Positions 21,295-31,623 of a stretch of DNA of 64,000 bases are shown piece after piece. Under the pieces are notes generated by a model, which was not told the origin of the DNA, made no database searches, and was given only the letters and a program-made list of their open reading frames with translations. The position numbers were made by a program, and so were the translations under genes. The stretch is from Terriglobia bacterium. Lineage in GTDB: Bacteria > Acidobacteriota > Terriglobia > Acidiferrales > UBA7541. Within the stretch, counting starts at the first letter, position 1. Each line of letters begins with the position of its first letter. The DNA lies in the NCBI GenBank assembly GCA_963695545.1, contig OY968796.1, positions 1,888,001-1,952,000 on the forward strand, written 5' to 3'.

Positions 21295-22557
21295 TCAATT
21301 TTCGTCGCGTTCGTCGCGCTCGAGCGAGCCGCCGAATTGCACCTTCGAGAAGCCAAAGCGATCACGCAGCGAATCCGTAGCGCGCGCCAGGCGCTCCAGT
21401 TTCTCCTTGCGCTCCGCATCCAGCAGATCGAGCTGCCGTGCGCCCTCCGAAAAAGATTCAAGCGCCACGCCCAGCAAACGAATCTTTCGACGTCGATCCC
21501 AGTTCTGCTCGAACAGCCGCGCGATCGTGCCGATCACGTCGGCATCAAGTCGCGTCGGCGCAGGCAGCGTGTGCGAACGCGTGATAGTTTGGAACTCTTC
21601 GTAGCGAATCGTCAGACGAATCGTGCGCGCCGCGAGTCCGGAATCGCGCAGGCGCTTCGCCGCCATTTGCGCCAGACGGCTGAGAGTCGCGCTCGCAAGG
21701 CGCGCATCGTCCGTGTCGTGTCCGAACGTATGATTGTGCGAAATCGATTTCGCCTCGGCGTCGAGCAAAAATTCGTAGGCATCTTCCCCGCGAGACTTGC
21801 GCTCCAGCGCCGCGCCCCATCGGCCGAAATTTTCGTCGAGGCGCTCATGCGAGGCCGCGGCCAATTCGCCCACAGTCTTGATTCCCAGATTCGCGAGCGC
21901 CGCTTCGGTCACTTTCCCGATTCCCGGAATGCGTCGCACCTCGAGCGGTGCCAGAAACACCTCCTCGCTTCCGAACGGCACCCAAACCAAACCGCGCGGC
22001 TTGGCTTGCTCGGAAGCAACTTTTGCCACCAGCCGCGTGCGACCCAGGCCCATCGAACTCGGCAATCCGGTCGTGTTCCAGATTTCGCAGCGCAAGCGAT
22101 GCGCCGCGGCCAGCGGCGGCCCATTCACGCGCTCGGTTCCCGCAAGATTCAGGTACGCTTCATCGATCGAAGCCATTTCCACGATCGGTGAGTACCGCCC
22201 GAGAATTGCCGCGATCCGATCGCTCCATTCCGAATACAAACGATGCCGAAGCTCAAGGAAAATCGCGTGCGGGCAAAGTCGCCCCGCCGTGCGCAGCGGC
22301 ATCGCGGATTGAATCCCATATCGCCGCGCTTCGTAGCTCGCCGCGGAAACCACGCCGCGCTGATCCGGCTGCCCGCCCACCACCACGGGCTTGCCCTTCA
22401 GCTCGGGCCGCTCCAGCAGCTCGACCGAAACGAAAAACGCGTCCATATCCACATGCAGGATCGAAGCGACACGATCGGAATCGTCAGAATTTCCAGAACA
22501 CGGGGGTGAGCCGGCGGGCGAATCGTGCTTGGCGCGGAAGTGCGCGAGCTTGGGCAA
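21295..22557 (-). CDS. dinB: DNA polymerase IV (Y family); start codon uncertain
   Basis: ILHVDMDAFF, SYEARRYG, SIDEAY, AKPRG, IPGIG; nearest plausible start is TTG 22557. Confidence 0.9.
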   Translation of the reverse strand: MPKLAHFRAKHDSPAGSPPCSGNSDDSDRVASILHVDMDAFFVSVELLERPELKGKPVVVGGQPDQRGVVSAASYEARRYGIQSAMPLRTAGRLCPHAIFLELRHRLYSEWSDRIAAILGRYSPIVEMASIDEAYLNLAGTERVNGPPLAAAHRLRCEIWNTTGLPSSMGLGRTRLVAKVASEQAKPRGLVWVPFGSEEVFLAPLEVRRIPGIGKVTEAALANLGIKTVGELAAASHERLDENFGRWGAALERKSRGEDAYEFLLDAEAKSISHNHTFGHDTDDARLASATLSRLAQMAAKRLRDSGLAARTIRLTIRYEEFQTITRSHTLPAPTRLDADVIGTIARLFEQNWDRRRKIRLLGVALESFSEGARQLDLLDAERKEKLERLARATDSLRDRFGFSKVQFGGSLERDERDEN

Positions 22558-22605
22558 GGGCAGGCAAGACCTCGCTGCGCGCAACTATACACCGTTTTTG
22601 CGCAT

Positions 22606-22623
22606 AGGCGAAAGAATAGCGAA
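22606..22623. promoter_or_regulatory. Candidate LexA/SOS box upstream of dinB
   Basis: AGGCGAA-agaat-AGCGAA direct repeat with 11-bp period, just upstream of a TATAGT -10 on the - strand. Confidence 0.6.
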
Positions 22624-22634
22624 GCACGCACGGC

Positions 22635-23501
22635 CTAAATTCGGATCGCGGATGCCACGCGCGGGATGCCCGCGAGGTCGTTCGCGATCGCCAGATCGCG
22701 CCAGCGCGTCGCGGCAAGTAGCGAGCCGACGTGCTCGGCCGCGTTGTATCCAAGTTCGAGAACGAACAGACCGCCTGCAGAAAGCAATTGCTCCGCTTGG
22801 GCAACGAGCGGCGCGTACAAATCGAGACCCGTTTCACCGCCGAAGAGCGCGATCCCCGGCTCGTGCTCGCGTACCTCGCGCGGCAGCGTCTCCGCATCGG
22901 CCAGCGCGACGTATGGCGGATTGCTGACGATCACATCAAAGCGCGCCGCGAGCGAAGCTTCACGTATGAACACATCCAGCAGATTGCATTCGAGAAAATC
23001 AATGCGCGTGCTGACGCGATTCTTCGCCGCATTGCGGCGCGCCACGGCGAGCGCGGCGGAGGAAACGTCCGTCGCCACGATCTGCGCCTGCAGCAATTCG
23101 GTCGCAAGCGCCACGGCCAAGCAGCCGGAGCCCGTGCCAACGTCGGCCACGCGCAATTTTTTGCTGGTTCGCTCGCCCAGTCGCGCAAGCGCTACTTCCA
23201 CGACGTGCTCGGTTTCCGGGCGCGGGATCAGCACGTCCGGCGTGACCTCGAATTCAAGTCCCCAAAATTCTTGCACGCCCGTCAGGTGTTGCACGGGAGT
23301 TCCAGCGGCGCGCCGCGCGACGAGCGCGAAATACTGTTGCCACTGCTCTCCGCTGAGCGGCGCGTCGGGATGCGCGTAAATCCAAGTGCGATCGCGCTGC
23401 GTGATGTGCAGCAGCAGCAACTCGGCGGCGAGCGCGGCCGAAGGCACGCTTTCGCTCTCGAGGCGAACGATGGCTTCACGCAATGATGTACGGATGTTCA
23501 T
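22635..23501 (-). CDS. prmC: Release factor glutamine methyltransferase
   Basis: VLIPRPETE, DVGTGSG, SNPPY; directly downstream of prfA. Confidence 0.95.
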   Translation of the reverse strand: MNIRTSLREAIVRLESESVPSAALAAELLLLHITQRDRTWIYAHPDAPLSGEQWQQYFALVARRAAGTPVQHLTGVQEFWGLEFEVTPDVLIPRPETEHVVEVALARLGERTSKKLRVADVGTGSGCLAVALATELLQAQIVATDVSSAALAVARRNAAKNRVSTRIDFLECNLLDVFIREASLAARFDVIVSNPPYVALADAETLPREVREHEPGIALFGGETGLDLYAPLVAQAEQLLSAGGLFVLELGYNAAEHVGSLLAATRWRDLAIANDLAGIPRVASAIRI

Positions 23502-23560
23502 GGAAGTTTCGGCGGCATGGCGGCGCGGCGACGAAAAAGCAGCCACAATAGCGCCGCGGC

Positions 23561-24652
23561 TCATGCGTCAACCAGCTCTTGATTCAAGCGCTCGGTTTCG
23601 TAGTGCGCCACCAGCGCGTCCACGAACGGCGCAAGCTTTCCATCCATCACGTCAGTGAGCTGATGAATCGTCAATCCGATGCGGTGATCGGTGACGCGAT
23701 TTTGCGGAAAATTGTAAGTGCGAATTTTTTCCGAGCGGTCGCCTGTGCGGATTTGTCCGCGGCGTTCGGCGGCGATTTGATCGTGCTGCTTCTGCTGCTC
23801 GAGTTCGTAGAGCCGCGCGCGCAGCACGCGCATGGCCTTGGCGCGATTCTTGATCTGCGATTTTTCGTCCTGCTGCGAAACCACCAGACCCGACGGCACG
23901 TGCGTGATGCGCACAGCCGAATATGTTGTGTTCACCGATTGCCCGCCCGGCCCCGACGAGCAGAACGTATCGACGCGGAGATCCTTCGGCTCGATTTTGA
24001 TTTCGATTTCGTCGGCTTCGGGCAGCACGGCCACCGTGGCCGCCGAAGTGTGCACGCGCCCCTGTTGTTCGGTTGCGGGCACGCGCTGCACGCGATGCAC
24101 GCCGCTTTCGTATTTCAGTTTGGCGTAAACCTTTTTCCCTTCGATCGACGCCGTGATGTCTTTCAGTCCGCCGAGCGACGATGGCGAGCTTTCGAGCACA
24201 TCCACGCGCCAGCCCTGTGCCTCCGCGTAGCGCGAGTACATGCGGAACAGTTCGCCCGCGAACAGCGCCGCCTCGTCGCCGCCTGTTCCCGCGCGAATTT
24301 CCAGGATTACGTTTTTTCCGTCGTTGGGATCTTTCGGCAGCAGCAGCATTTTCAAATCCTGCTCGACGGCCGCTTTGCGCTCTGCGAGTTGTTTTTCCTC
24401 GTCGTGCGCCATCTGCTTCATTTCCGCGTCCGTCGATTCCACTTGGATTTGCCGCGCCTCGCGCAGGCCTTGATCGATCTGCTTCCATTCGCGATATTTC
24501 TCGACGATTTGCGCCTGATCGCCGTGCGTGCGCGCAAGCTTCTGGTATCGCGCCGAATCGCTCAGCACTTCGGGCGATGAAATCTGCGCCGTCAATTCTT
24601 CGTACTTCTTTTCGATCTGGTCCAATTTGTCGAAAATCGGATTCTCAGACAT
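23561..24652 (-). CDS. prfA: Peptide chain release factor 1
   Basis: GPGGQSVN (GGQ), VPAT (PxT), [10 protein letters not shown]. Confidence 0.97.
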   Translation of the reverse strand: MSENPIFDKLDQIEKKYEELTAQISSPEVLSDSARYQKLARTHGDQAQIVEKYREWKQIDQGLREARQIQVESTDAEMKQMAHDEEKQLAERKAAVEQDLKMLLLPKDPNDGKNVILEIRAGTGGDEAALFAGELFRMYSRYAEAQGWRVDVLESSPSSLGGLKDITASIEGKKVYAKLKYESGVHRVQRVPATEQQGRVHTSAATVAVLPEADEIEIKIEPKDLRVDTFCSSGPGGQSVNTTYSAVRITHVPSGLVVSQQDEKSQIKNRAKAMRVLRARLYELEQQKQHDQIAAERRGQIRTGDRSEKIRTYNFPQNRVTDHRIGLTIHQLTDVMDGKLAPFVDALVAHYETERLNQELVDA

Positions 24653-24876
24653 GACCCAACTCCTTCAGTCGAACGCCAATCGCAAACGCCGGAACAATTC
24701 TTAGAATGCGCAACGCGCGCGGAATACTGGGAAGAACACATCAACGCTGGCCCCGCCGCAGCGGGTGACGAGAGGAAATCGGCTAATAGAAGGCGCGAAA
24801 CATCGCAGTCAGCCTGTTCTCACGATAATCTCAACGGCCGCCGATGTCAAACCGCGCGGCGCGTCATCTGGAGTCG

Positions 24877-26418
24877 CTACGCCCAATATGTGCGATCGAG
24901 CGTGCGGTACTGAATGGCCTCGCTCAGGTGATGCGGCTCGATGTTTTCGGCGGCGTCGAGATCGGCGATGGTGCGCGAGACTTTCAGGATGCGATCGTGC
25001 GCGCGCGCCGAAAGCGATAGACGCGCGATCGCGGTTTCCAGGCGCCGCTCGCCTTCCGCGGAGATACCGCAGAATTTGCGCAGCAGCTTCGGCGGCATCT
25101 GCGCGTTGGAATAGACTCTCTTTTCGCCGGCAAATCGCTCGAGCTGCCGCCGCCGCGCGCGCATTACGCGATCGCGCACCGCTTCGGAGCCTTCGATTTC
25201 CGCGTCGCCGCGCAATTCCTTGTACTTCACGGCGGGCACCTCGATGTGAATGTCTACGCGATCGAGCAGCGGCCCCGAAATTTTGGCAACGTAGCGCTGA
25301 ATCTGCGGCGGCGAGCAGTGGCATTCGCGCGTGCCGTCGCCGAAAAATCCGCAGGGGCAAGGATTCATGGCCGCGGCCAGCATGAAGCGCGCCGGGAAGG
25401 TGACCGAGACCGCCGCGCGCGCGATGGTCACCGAACCTTCCTCGAGCGGTTGCCGCAGCACTTCAAGAACGTTGCGCTGAAATTCCGGCAGCTCGTCGAG
25501 AAACAACACGCCGTTGTGTCCGAGCGAAACTTCGCCCGGCCGCGGCACAGCGCCTCCGCCGATCAGGCCGGCGTCGCTGATAGTGTGGTGCGGCGAACGG
25601 AATGGCCGCGTGCCCACCAGGCCGCCCGCGTTGTCGAGCAGCCCCGCGACGCTGTGAATGCGCGTGGTCTCGATGGCTTCTTCAAGCGACATCGGCGGCA
25701 AAATCGTGGGGATGCGCTTCGCGAGCATGGTCTTGCCCGCGCCCGGCGGCCCGAGAAATAAAATATTGTGCCCGCCAGCGCAAGCCACTTCGAGCGCGCG
25801 CTTCGCCGCCAGTTGACCGCGAACGTCGCGCAAATCCACCGGATATTGCGCGGCGTCCGCCAACATCGCGCGCGCTTCCACGTTCACCGGCGCAAAAGAT
25901 TCCGGCGCGTTCACCAAATCCACCGCCTGCGGCAGCGAGCGCACGCCGTAAACGTCCACGCCTTCGACCACCGCCGCCTCGCGCGCATTCGCTTCCGGCA
26001 CGGCCAGCGCGCGAATCCCTTTTTCGCGCGCCGCGAGCGCCGCCGAAAGCGCCCCGCGCACCGGCCGCACGCCGCCATCGAGCGAAAGTTCGCCCAAGAA
26101 AACAAATCCATCGAGCGTCTTGCCGAAGAACGATCCTTGGCATCCCAGAATTCCGAGCGCCATCGGCAGATCGAACGCCGAGCCTTCTTTGCGAATGTCC
26201 GCCGGCGCCAGATTCACGGTGACGCCAAACGGGTGCGGAAAATCGTAGCCACAATTTTTCAGCGCGGCCTTGATGCGCTCGCGGCTTTCGCTCACCGCGT
26301 TATCGGGCAGGCCCACCACGTTAAATTCGTTCATCTTGCCGGAGCCGACGTCGACCTCGGTTTCCACAAGGTAGGCGTCAATGCCGAAGACCGCGGCGCT
26401 GAGAGTTTTGAAGAGCAT
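24877..26418 (-). CDS. comM: YifB/ComM Mg-chelatase-like AAA+ ATPase
   Basis: [49 protein letters not shown]; likely start ATG 26418. Confidence 0.9.
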   Translation of the reverse strand: MLFKTLSAAVFGIDAYLVETEVDVGSGKMNEFNVVGLPDNAVSESRERIKAALKNCGYDFPHPFGVTVNLAPADIRKEGSAFDLPMALGILGCQGSFFGKTLDGFVFLGELSLDGGVRPVRGALSAALAAREKGIRALAVPEANAREAAVVEGVDVYGVRSLPQAVDLVNAPESFAPVNVEARAMLADAAQYPVDLRDVRGQLAAKRALEVACAGGHNILFLGPPGAGKTMLAKRIPTILPPMSLEEAIETTRIHSVAGLLDNAGGLVGTRPFRSPHHTISDAGLIGGGAVPRPGEVSLGHNGVLFLDELPEFQRNVLEVLRQPLEEGSVTIARAAVSVTFPARFMLAAAMNPCPCGFFGDGTRECHCSPPQIQRYVAKISGPLLDRVDIHIEVPAVKYKELRGDAEIEGSEAVRDRVMRARRRQLERFAGEKRVYSNAQMPPKLLRKFCGISAEGERRLETAIARLSLSARAHDRILKVSRTIADLDAAENIEPHHLSEAIQYRTLDRTYWA

Positions 26419-26554
26419 CGGTAGAAGGGAAGCCAGCGACTCCGGCCAGAGAGTAACCCAAAAGGTACGAGCACGCCAGAGAAACCGAGCCCCTATGGGA
26501 ACTCGCTGATTGCGCGGGATTTGTCTATTGTGGGCTGGTCCGGTTGGGACGAGA

Positions 26555-26823
26555 GGGGGGCGCACCCCGGAACCCAGTTCATAAAATATTGTAAGCAAAC
26601 GACTTGCAGGAAATGTGTGCACGAGCGGTTTGGAATTAATTGAAAATGAAGGGGTTGTGGGGATTTCTTGGATCGAGTGCAGGAGGGCTGTGATGAGACG
26701 GCCCGTGGGCGCGTAACCGTCGAAAGTCGCGGAACAGGACAATTCGAATTGGTGGCGGCGAACACATAGAACGGTAGCACAAGTGAATTTAGTCGTCAGA
26801 TAAAAACTGAGTATTCTAATACA
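26555..26823 (-). repeat. Copy A of a dispersed promoter-bearing intergenic element (candidate ncRNA or miniature mobile element)
   Basis: Collinear homology to 38564-38916: TGTATTAGAATACTCA, CTGACG-N17-TACCGT, TGTTCGCCGCCA, TTTCCTGCAAGTC, GGGGTGCGCCCCCC. Confidence 0.8.
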
Positions 26824-26862
26824 TCCCAACGGGGGTGGGGCAACCGACCGTCGGCTAGCTCG

Positions 26863-28257
26863 TCAGGCCGTTTGGTCATCAGGCTCCAGTTCATCTCCGC
26901 TGCGTGGCTTCAATGCACTCGTGCTGCCTTCGTGCAATCGCTGCTCCCCGGAAACGGAAGCATCTCCTGAAATCGCGTAGGCCACCGCGGATCCGATGAG
27001 CGCCGGAATGATCAGAGCGTGCCCGCCGGTGGCTTCCGCGACGAAGACGACCGCAGCGAGTGGCGTCTTGTATCCGGCGGCGATGAACGCGGCCATGCCC
27101 ACCGCGGCGTAGAGATTGAGCGATGCGCTATGAACCACCAATTGGCCGAAAGCGGTTCCAAATGCGCCGCCCGTGAGGAACAGCGGCACGAACATGGCGC
27201 TTACTCCGCCAAAGGCCAGCGAGAAAATCGTCGCGCACAATTTGAGCGCGCCGAAGACCAAGAGTTCCGAGGTGCCATGTGCCGTGCCTAGAATTATGCC
27301 GACCGCCTCGTAGTTTGGTCCGATGGGAACGAGTGAATCCTTGAAAATGAGAACAAAGACGAGGCCACACAATCCCGTCAGCAGGCCGCCCACCGCAAGT
27401 TTCACCCAGTGCGGCGAGCGCCAGTTCACTACAAAGGCGCGCACGCGCCGGAAGGTAATTGCAAAGGTCATGGCGATGAGCCCGATCACGGCGCCAAGCA
27501 GCGCGCACCAAATCAAATCGCGGCCGGTGAACGACGCGGCGCCGGCAAAATTAAAAAGAGGCGTGGCTCCAAGGAACGAAGCAAGCGTGACATAAGAGAC
27601 CACCGACGCGATCAAAGAAGGCAGCAGCGCTTCGTGCGCGAGGTCATCTTTGTATGGCATTTCGAGGGCAAACACCAAGCCGGTGAGCGGCGCGCGAAAC
27701 ACCGCCGCCATGCCCGCAGCCGCGCCGCTGATGAGCATGATGCGCCGATCGCGCGGAGTTAAATTGAAACGTTTCATGTGGTCCCAAAGCCACGAGCCGA
27801 TTGCGCCGCCACCGTAGATACTGGGCCCTTCGAGAGCGGCGCTGCCGCCGAATCCGACGGTGGTGACCGCCGCGAGAAGCTTTGGAAAAAACGGCCGCAT
27901 ATCGATATCGCCCTGGTGCTTGTGGTAGGAAGCGACAATTTCTTCCGTGGAATGTTCATCGGGATTGGGCGTCAGAAACTGCATGATCAACCCGGTGGCC
28001 ACGAACCCCAGCACCACTCCCGGCACCATGGACCAGTGATGATGAAGGTAGTATGCGAACACCGCGGGCCAGAGTATTTTCAGGATGATCACAGCGACGC
28101 CGGTAACCACCAGGCCCGTCACCACTCCGATGATCGGAGCGATGATCAGCCACTTATGAAGATTGCGCGAGTAGGTGGCGCCGAGATCTTCGTGAACACG
28201 GGGCAAGTACTTGCGCAGCGTAGGGTACTTCGCGGCCCACGGCTTAGTATTCGGCAT
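26863..28257 (-). CDS. CLC-family anion channel/transporter with atypical motifs and no CBS domains
   Basis: GGSAALEGP, GAAAGMAAVFRAPL, YKTPLAAVVFVAE. Confidence 0.9.
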   Translation of the reverse strand: MPNTKPWAAKYPTLRKYLPRVHEDLGATYSRNLHKWLIIAPIIGVVTGLVVTGVAVIILKILWPAVFAYYLHHHWSMVPGVVLGFVATGLIMQFLTPNPDEHSTEEIVASYHKHQGDIDMRPFFPKLLAAVTTVGFGGSAALEGPSIYGGGAIGSWLWDHMKRFNLTPRDRRIMLISGAAAGMAAVFRAPLTGLVFALEMPYKDDLAHEALLPSLIASVVSYVTLASFLGATPLFNFAGAASFTGRDLIWCALLGAVIGLIAMTFAITFRRVRAFVVNWRSPHWVKLAVGGLLTGLCGLVFVLIFKDSLVPIGPNYEAVGIILGTAHGTSELLVFGALKLCATIFSLAFGGVSAMFVPLFLTGGAFGTAFGQLVVHSASLNLYAAVGMAAFIAAGYKTPLAAVVFVAEATGGHALIIPALIGSAVAYAISGDASVSGEQRLHEGSTSALKPRSGDELEPDDQTA

Positions 28258-28401
28258 TTGGTGTCTCGCTTCCTGCCAACTTGGGCAGTCGCTTTTGTGA
28301 CTCTCTCACCCGGGGGGAACTACGGCGTCCGATCGTATGTCCGCAGGTCCTCCATCTCAACGTTTTATCCGGTTGTTTTGTGACCTTGTCGGGCGAGGAT
28401 C

Positions 28402-28857
28402 TTAGGCGCGGCGTTTTTTTCTTCCGTGGCGGGACTGGCCATTGGCAATCACCACGATGGCGCTCAAGGCGTGCACCAACGCTGGCGCCATGATGCGCAA
28501 ATCGGCGATGCGTTCCTTGGCCACTTTGCCAAGCAGGCCGTTTCCGCGCGCCGTCAGCCGCACCAGCACGCGGCGCCGATCGTCTTTCGCGCGCTCGCGC
28601 CGCACCAGGCCGCGCCGCTCGAGGCGGTCAATCAGCCCGACGGCGCTGTGATGGCGCACCCGCAGGCGGTCGGCCAGCAGGCGGATCGAGGGCTCGGTCC
28701 CGGCGGGCAGCCCGCGCAAGCCGAGCAGCAGCAGATATTGTTGCGGCTCAAGGCCCGCGGCGCGCGCGCCCTGATCGGCCTTTTTCAAATAGCTGACGAT
28801 CCGATATCGAAACTCAGCCAGTTCCTGGTAGGCTTTCGCGACCACAGGCTGTCCCAT
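28402..28857 (-). CDS. MarR family transcriptional regulator
   Basis: LEPQQYLLLL, LADRL..HHSAVGLIDRLE..GLV.R, DRRRVLVRLT; ATG 28857. Confidence 0.9.
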   Translation of the reverse strand: MGQPVVAKAYQELAEFRYRIVSYLKKADQGARAAGLEPQQYLLLLGLRGLPAGTEPSIRLLADRLRVRHHSAVGLIDRLERRGLVRRERAKDDRRRVLVRLTARGNGLLGKVAKERIADLRIMAPALVHALSAIVVIANGQSRHGRKKRRA

Positions 28858-28864
28858 GCAAAAT

Positions 28865-28893
28865 ATTGTATCGCACAACGATATAAATGGAAA
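28865..28893 (-). promoter_or_regulatory. Promoter with palindromic operator for the marR-clc unit
   Basis: - strand TTTCCA-N17-TACAAT overlapped by inverted repeat TATCG-N5-CGATA (28869-28883); ATG about 7 nt after the -10, so probably leaderless. Confidence 0.6.
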
Positions 28894-28950
28894 CGCTTGG
28901 CAAGCAATCGGTAAACACGAGGCGGCGCGCACTCCGTTCGCGACTCCGCC

Positions 28951-29451
28951 TCAAAAAGTCTTGTCGGAATCGAGCAGCAGCGTCACCGGCCCCTCTCCCA
29001 CCAGCGCGACTTCCATGTGCGCCTGAAAAACTCCGGTTTCCACCCGAACGCCGAGGCCGCGAAGCGCCGCGACGAATTCTTCATACAGGCTTCGCGCCAA
29101 TTCGGCCGACGCGGCTTCCACATAGGAAGGCCGCCGTCCGTTGCGCGCGTCGCCGTAGAGCGTGAATTGCGATACCACCAGCGCCGCGGCTCCGATTTCC
29201 AGCAGCGAGCGATTCGCTTTTTCCGTTCGTTCGCCGGCCCCAGCCTCAGCTGGCGCCGCGGCCGCGTCTCGCCGCGCGCCGCCGGCGAAAATACGAAGAT
29301 GAGCGATTTTTTGCGCCAGCGCGCGAGCCGTTTCCGGTTTGTCCGCGCGGCCCACGCCCAGCAGGATCACCGCGCCCGCGCCAATTTCCCCCACCACGCG
29401 TCCTTCAACGCGCACCGACGCCTGCGACACTCGCTGCACCACGGCCCGCAT
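28951..29451 (-). CDS. dtd: D-aminoacyl-tRNA deacylase
   Basis: MRAVVQRV, LRIF, SQFTLY, GRRPS, GPVT. Confidence 0.93.
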   Translation of the reverse strand: MRAVVQRVSQASVRVEGRVVGEIGAGAVILLGVGRADKPETARALAQKIAHLRIFAGGARRDAAAAPAEAGAGERTEKANRSLLEIGAAALVVSQFTLYGDARNGRRPSYVEAASAELARSLYEEFVAALRGLGVRVETGVFQAHMEVALVGEGPVTLLLDSDKTF

Positions 29452-29549
29452 GTTCACAATCCTCTTCCCGCGATTCTACCGCCGAGTTCCTTGTTTCCTC
29501 TCCCGCGAATCTGTGCTAGAAACTTTCCCGGAATGGAGAACACGCCGCA

Positions 29550-30131
29550 GTGAAGCTCGCCCTCATCGGCACGCACGGAGTCGGCAAAACCACGCTGGCC
29601 TACGAAATTTGCTCGCTCCTAAAGAAAGCCGATTACAACGTCGAGCTGGTAACCGAAGTGGCGCGCCGCTCGCCGCTGCCCGTGAACGAAGCCACCACGC
29701 TCGAGGGCCAGCTCTGGATTTTGCACGCGCAAATCGCCGCGGAACTCGAGGCCGCCGCGCGGGCTCCCCACGTGATCTGCGATCGCTCGGCGCTCGACAA
29801 CTATTGTTATCTCGTCAATAAGTTTGGCCGCCAGCCGCAGCTCGAGCAATGGCTGGCGTGGTGGATGGACACCTATTCCCTGCTTGTCAGCGTCCCGCCG
29901 ATTGCCGATGGCATCCCGGCCGACGGTTTCCGCTCGGAAAACGTCGAATTCCAGCATCGCATCCACGACTTGCTGGAGCAGATGCTGCGCGAACCGCCGT
30001 TTGCGAGCTTGGCCGATCGCGTGCTTCGGCTTGAGCGTCGCGAGCGCCGCGTGTGGGGCGAAATGATCTTCGCCGCGGCCGCGCCGCTGCTTCGTCCTAA
30101 CGGGCAATCGCACGGCGCCGCCGCTCGCTGA
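29550..30131 (+). CDS. P-loop kinase/ATPase (AAA_28, NadR-kinase-like)
   Basis: GTHGVGKTT Walker A, EVAR, ICDRSALD. Confidence 0.8.
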   Translation: MKLALIGTHGVGKTTLAYEICSLLKKADYNVELVTEVARRSPLPVNEATTLEGQLWILHAQIAAELEAAARAPHVICDRSALDNYCYLVNKFGRQPQLEQWLAWWMDTYSLLVSVPPIADGIPADGFRSENVEFQHRIHDLLEQMLREPPFASLADRVLRLERRERRVWGEMIFAAAAPLLRPNGQSHGAAAR

Positions 30132-30152
30132 CGCGCCGCGCGTCGATCGTAA

Positions 30153-31028
30153 TTATTTTTTCTTACGCGCGCGCGGTTTTTTGCGTGCCCGGGGCGCGGG
30201 TTGGCACCGTGAGCAGAAATAGCTGCTGCGTCCCGCGACTTGCGTCCTGCGAATCGCGTGCCCGCAACGCCGGCAAGCCAAACCCTCTCTTTGATAAACC
30301 CGATGCATGCGTTGAAACGCGCCCGGCTTGCCTTCCGAATCCACATAGTCGGAAAACGACGAGCCTCGCAGCTGAATGGCGGAGAGCAACGTGTTGCGGA
30401 TCGCGCGATGCAGGGTGCGGAGCTGTTTTGTTGTGAGCCGGTCGGCGCGCCGCGCAGGGTGAACGCGCGCGCGCCACAAACTTTCATCGGCGTAGATATT
30501 TCCGACGCCGCTGATGGTGTGCTGATCGAGCAGCAGCGCCTTGATGCGCGCGCCGCGCGATCCGAATCGCCGCACGAATTCCGCCGTGCTGATTTCGAGC
30601 GCGTCTTGACCCCAGCGCGCACGCAGCGCGTCCATCCAGGTATCGGGCGCCAGACGAATCCGGCCGAACCGGCGAATGTCCGTGTAGCGCAACTCGTTCC
30701 CGTCATCGAGAGTGAGAAAAACGTGCGTGTGTGGCGGCACGGGTTCGGTCGGCTTGCCCGTCGTGAGCCGTCCGGTCATGCCCAGATGGATCACCAGGTG
30801 GAGTCGCGCGTCGGGAATTGCGGCCGATGCGCTGGGCGCAATTTCGACCGCGATGAATTTTCCGCAGCGCGAGACACTCGAAATGCGGCTACCAGGCAAT
30901 CGCTCGCCGAGCATGATTGGATCGTCGATGAAATCGGTCTTGCCCAGATGAACGGCAAGAATCCGCCGCCCCGGCAAAGCCGCTTGCAGGCCGCGCACCA
31001 CGGTTTCAACTTCAGGCAGTTCGGGCAT
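30153..31028 (-). CDS. mutM: Formamidopyrimidine-DNA glycosylase
   Basis: MPELPEVE, HLGMTG, GVGNIYADE, C-terminal CxxC...CxxCQ zinc finger. Confidence 0.95.
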   Translation of the reverse strand: MPELPEVETVVRGLQAALPGRRILAVHLGKTDFIDDPIMLGERLPGSRISSVSRCGKFIAVEIAPSASAAIPDARLHLVIHLGMTGRLTTGKPTEPVPPHTHVFLTLDDGNELRYTDIRRFGRIRLAPDTWMDALRARWGQDALEISTAEFVRRFGSRGARIKALLLDQHTISGVGNIYADESLWRARVHPARRADRLTTKQLRTLHRAIRNTLLSAIQLRGSSFSDYVDSEGKPGAFQRMHRVYQREGLACRRCGHAIRRTQVAGRSSYFCSRCQPAPRARKKPRARKKK

Positions 31029-31152
31029 TAGGTTTGCCGCCAGGCGAATGAACAGTGATTGGCGAAACAAGACAAGCTACCACGGCGAGGCGAGGGAATG
31101 ATGCAGATGTGATCGATGGGAATTACGGACGACGGTGCGGAGCAGCGCGCGA

Positions 31153-31623
31153 TTACGGCAGGGGCATACCGGGCGTGGCGATAATGCCGGCCATGCGCAG
31201 AATCTCTTGGTATTCTTCGTCCGAGACAGGCGAGATAATCAGGCGGAAATTCTTCAGGAATTTCACCTTGCGCAGCGCGGAATTCGCCCGCAGCTCCGCC
31301 AGGCCCACCTGGCGTGGCAGGCGCTCGATGGCCCGCAGGTCGGCAACGAAAGCCGTCGATTTGCCCTTTTCCTCGTGCGGGTCAGGGTAGGGGTCGCGAG
31401 TCACCTCGGCCAGGGCGTAAAGGGCGCGTTCCGGGGCGGCGTGGTAGCAGAGCACCCGGTCGCCACGGCGCACCTGCTTCAACTGCCGCAGGACGTCGGG
31501 CCGCGTGCCCCCGCCGCGCCACATCTCCTTGCCCTTCACAAAGAGCGTATCCCAATGATAATTCTGGGGATCCACCGAAAATAGCCAGTGGTTACGCTTG
31601 GCTGGCTGGCGTATCACGCTCAA
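31153..31623 (-). CDS. EVE domain protein
   Basis: HWLFSVDP..Y.W, GDRVLCYH, YPDP, ISPV; TTG 31623 with GGAGG RBS. Confidence 0.8.
   Translation of the reverse strand: MSVIRQPAKRNHWLFSVDPQNYHWDTLFVKGKEMWRGGGTRPDVLRQLKQVRRGDRVLCYHAAPERALYALAEVTRDPYPDPHEEKGKSTAFVADLRAIERLPRQVGLAELRANSALRKVKFLKNFRLIISPVSDEEYQEILRMAGIIATPGMPLP

Noticed and set aside
21295..22584. dinB as a pseudogene because no ATG lies near the conserved N-terminus
   Set aside because: Frame and catalytic motifs are intact; an in-frame TTG/CTG with an upstream GAGG and a promoter/operator exist
24877..26829. 650-aa version of ComM
   Set aside because: Family homology starts at MLFKTLS (26418); the upstream part is the non-coding element, noted separately
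28258..28401. Possible fluoride riboswitch upstream of the CLC gene (GAGATGG on the - strand)
   Set aside because: Lacks the GATGG.GTTC.CC stem and the CTGATGAC pseudoknot partner; the CLC also lacks CLC-F signatures. Only a GTCACAAAA direct repeat is present
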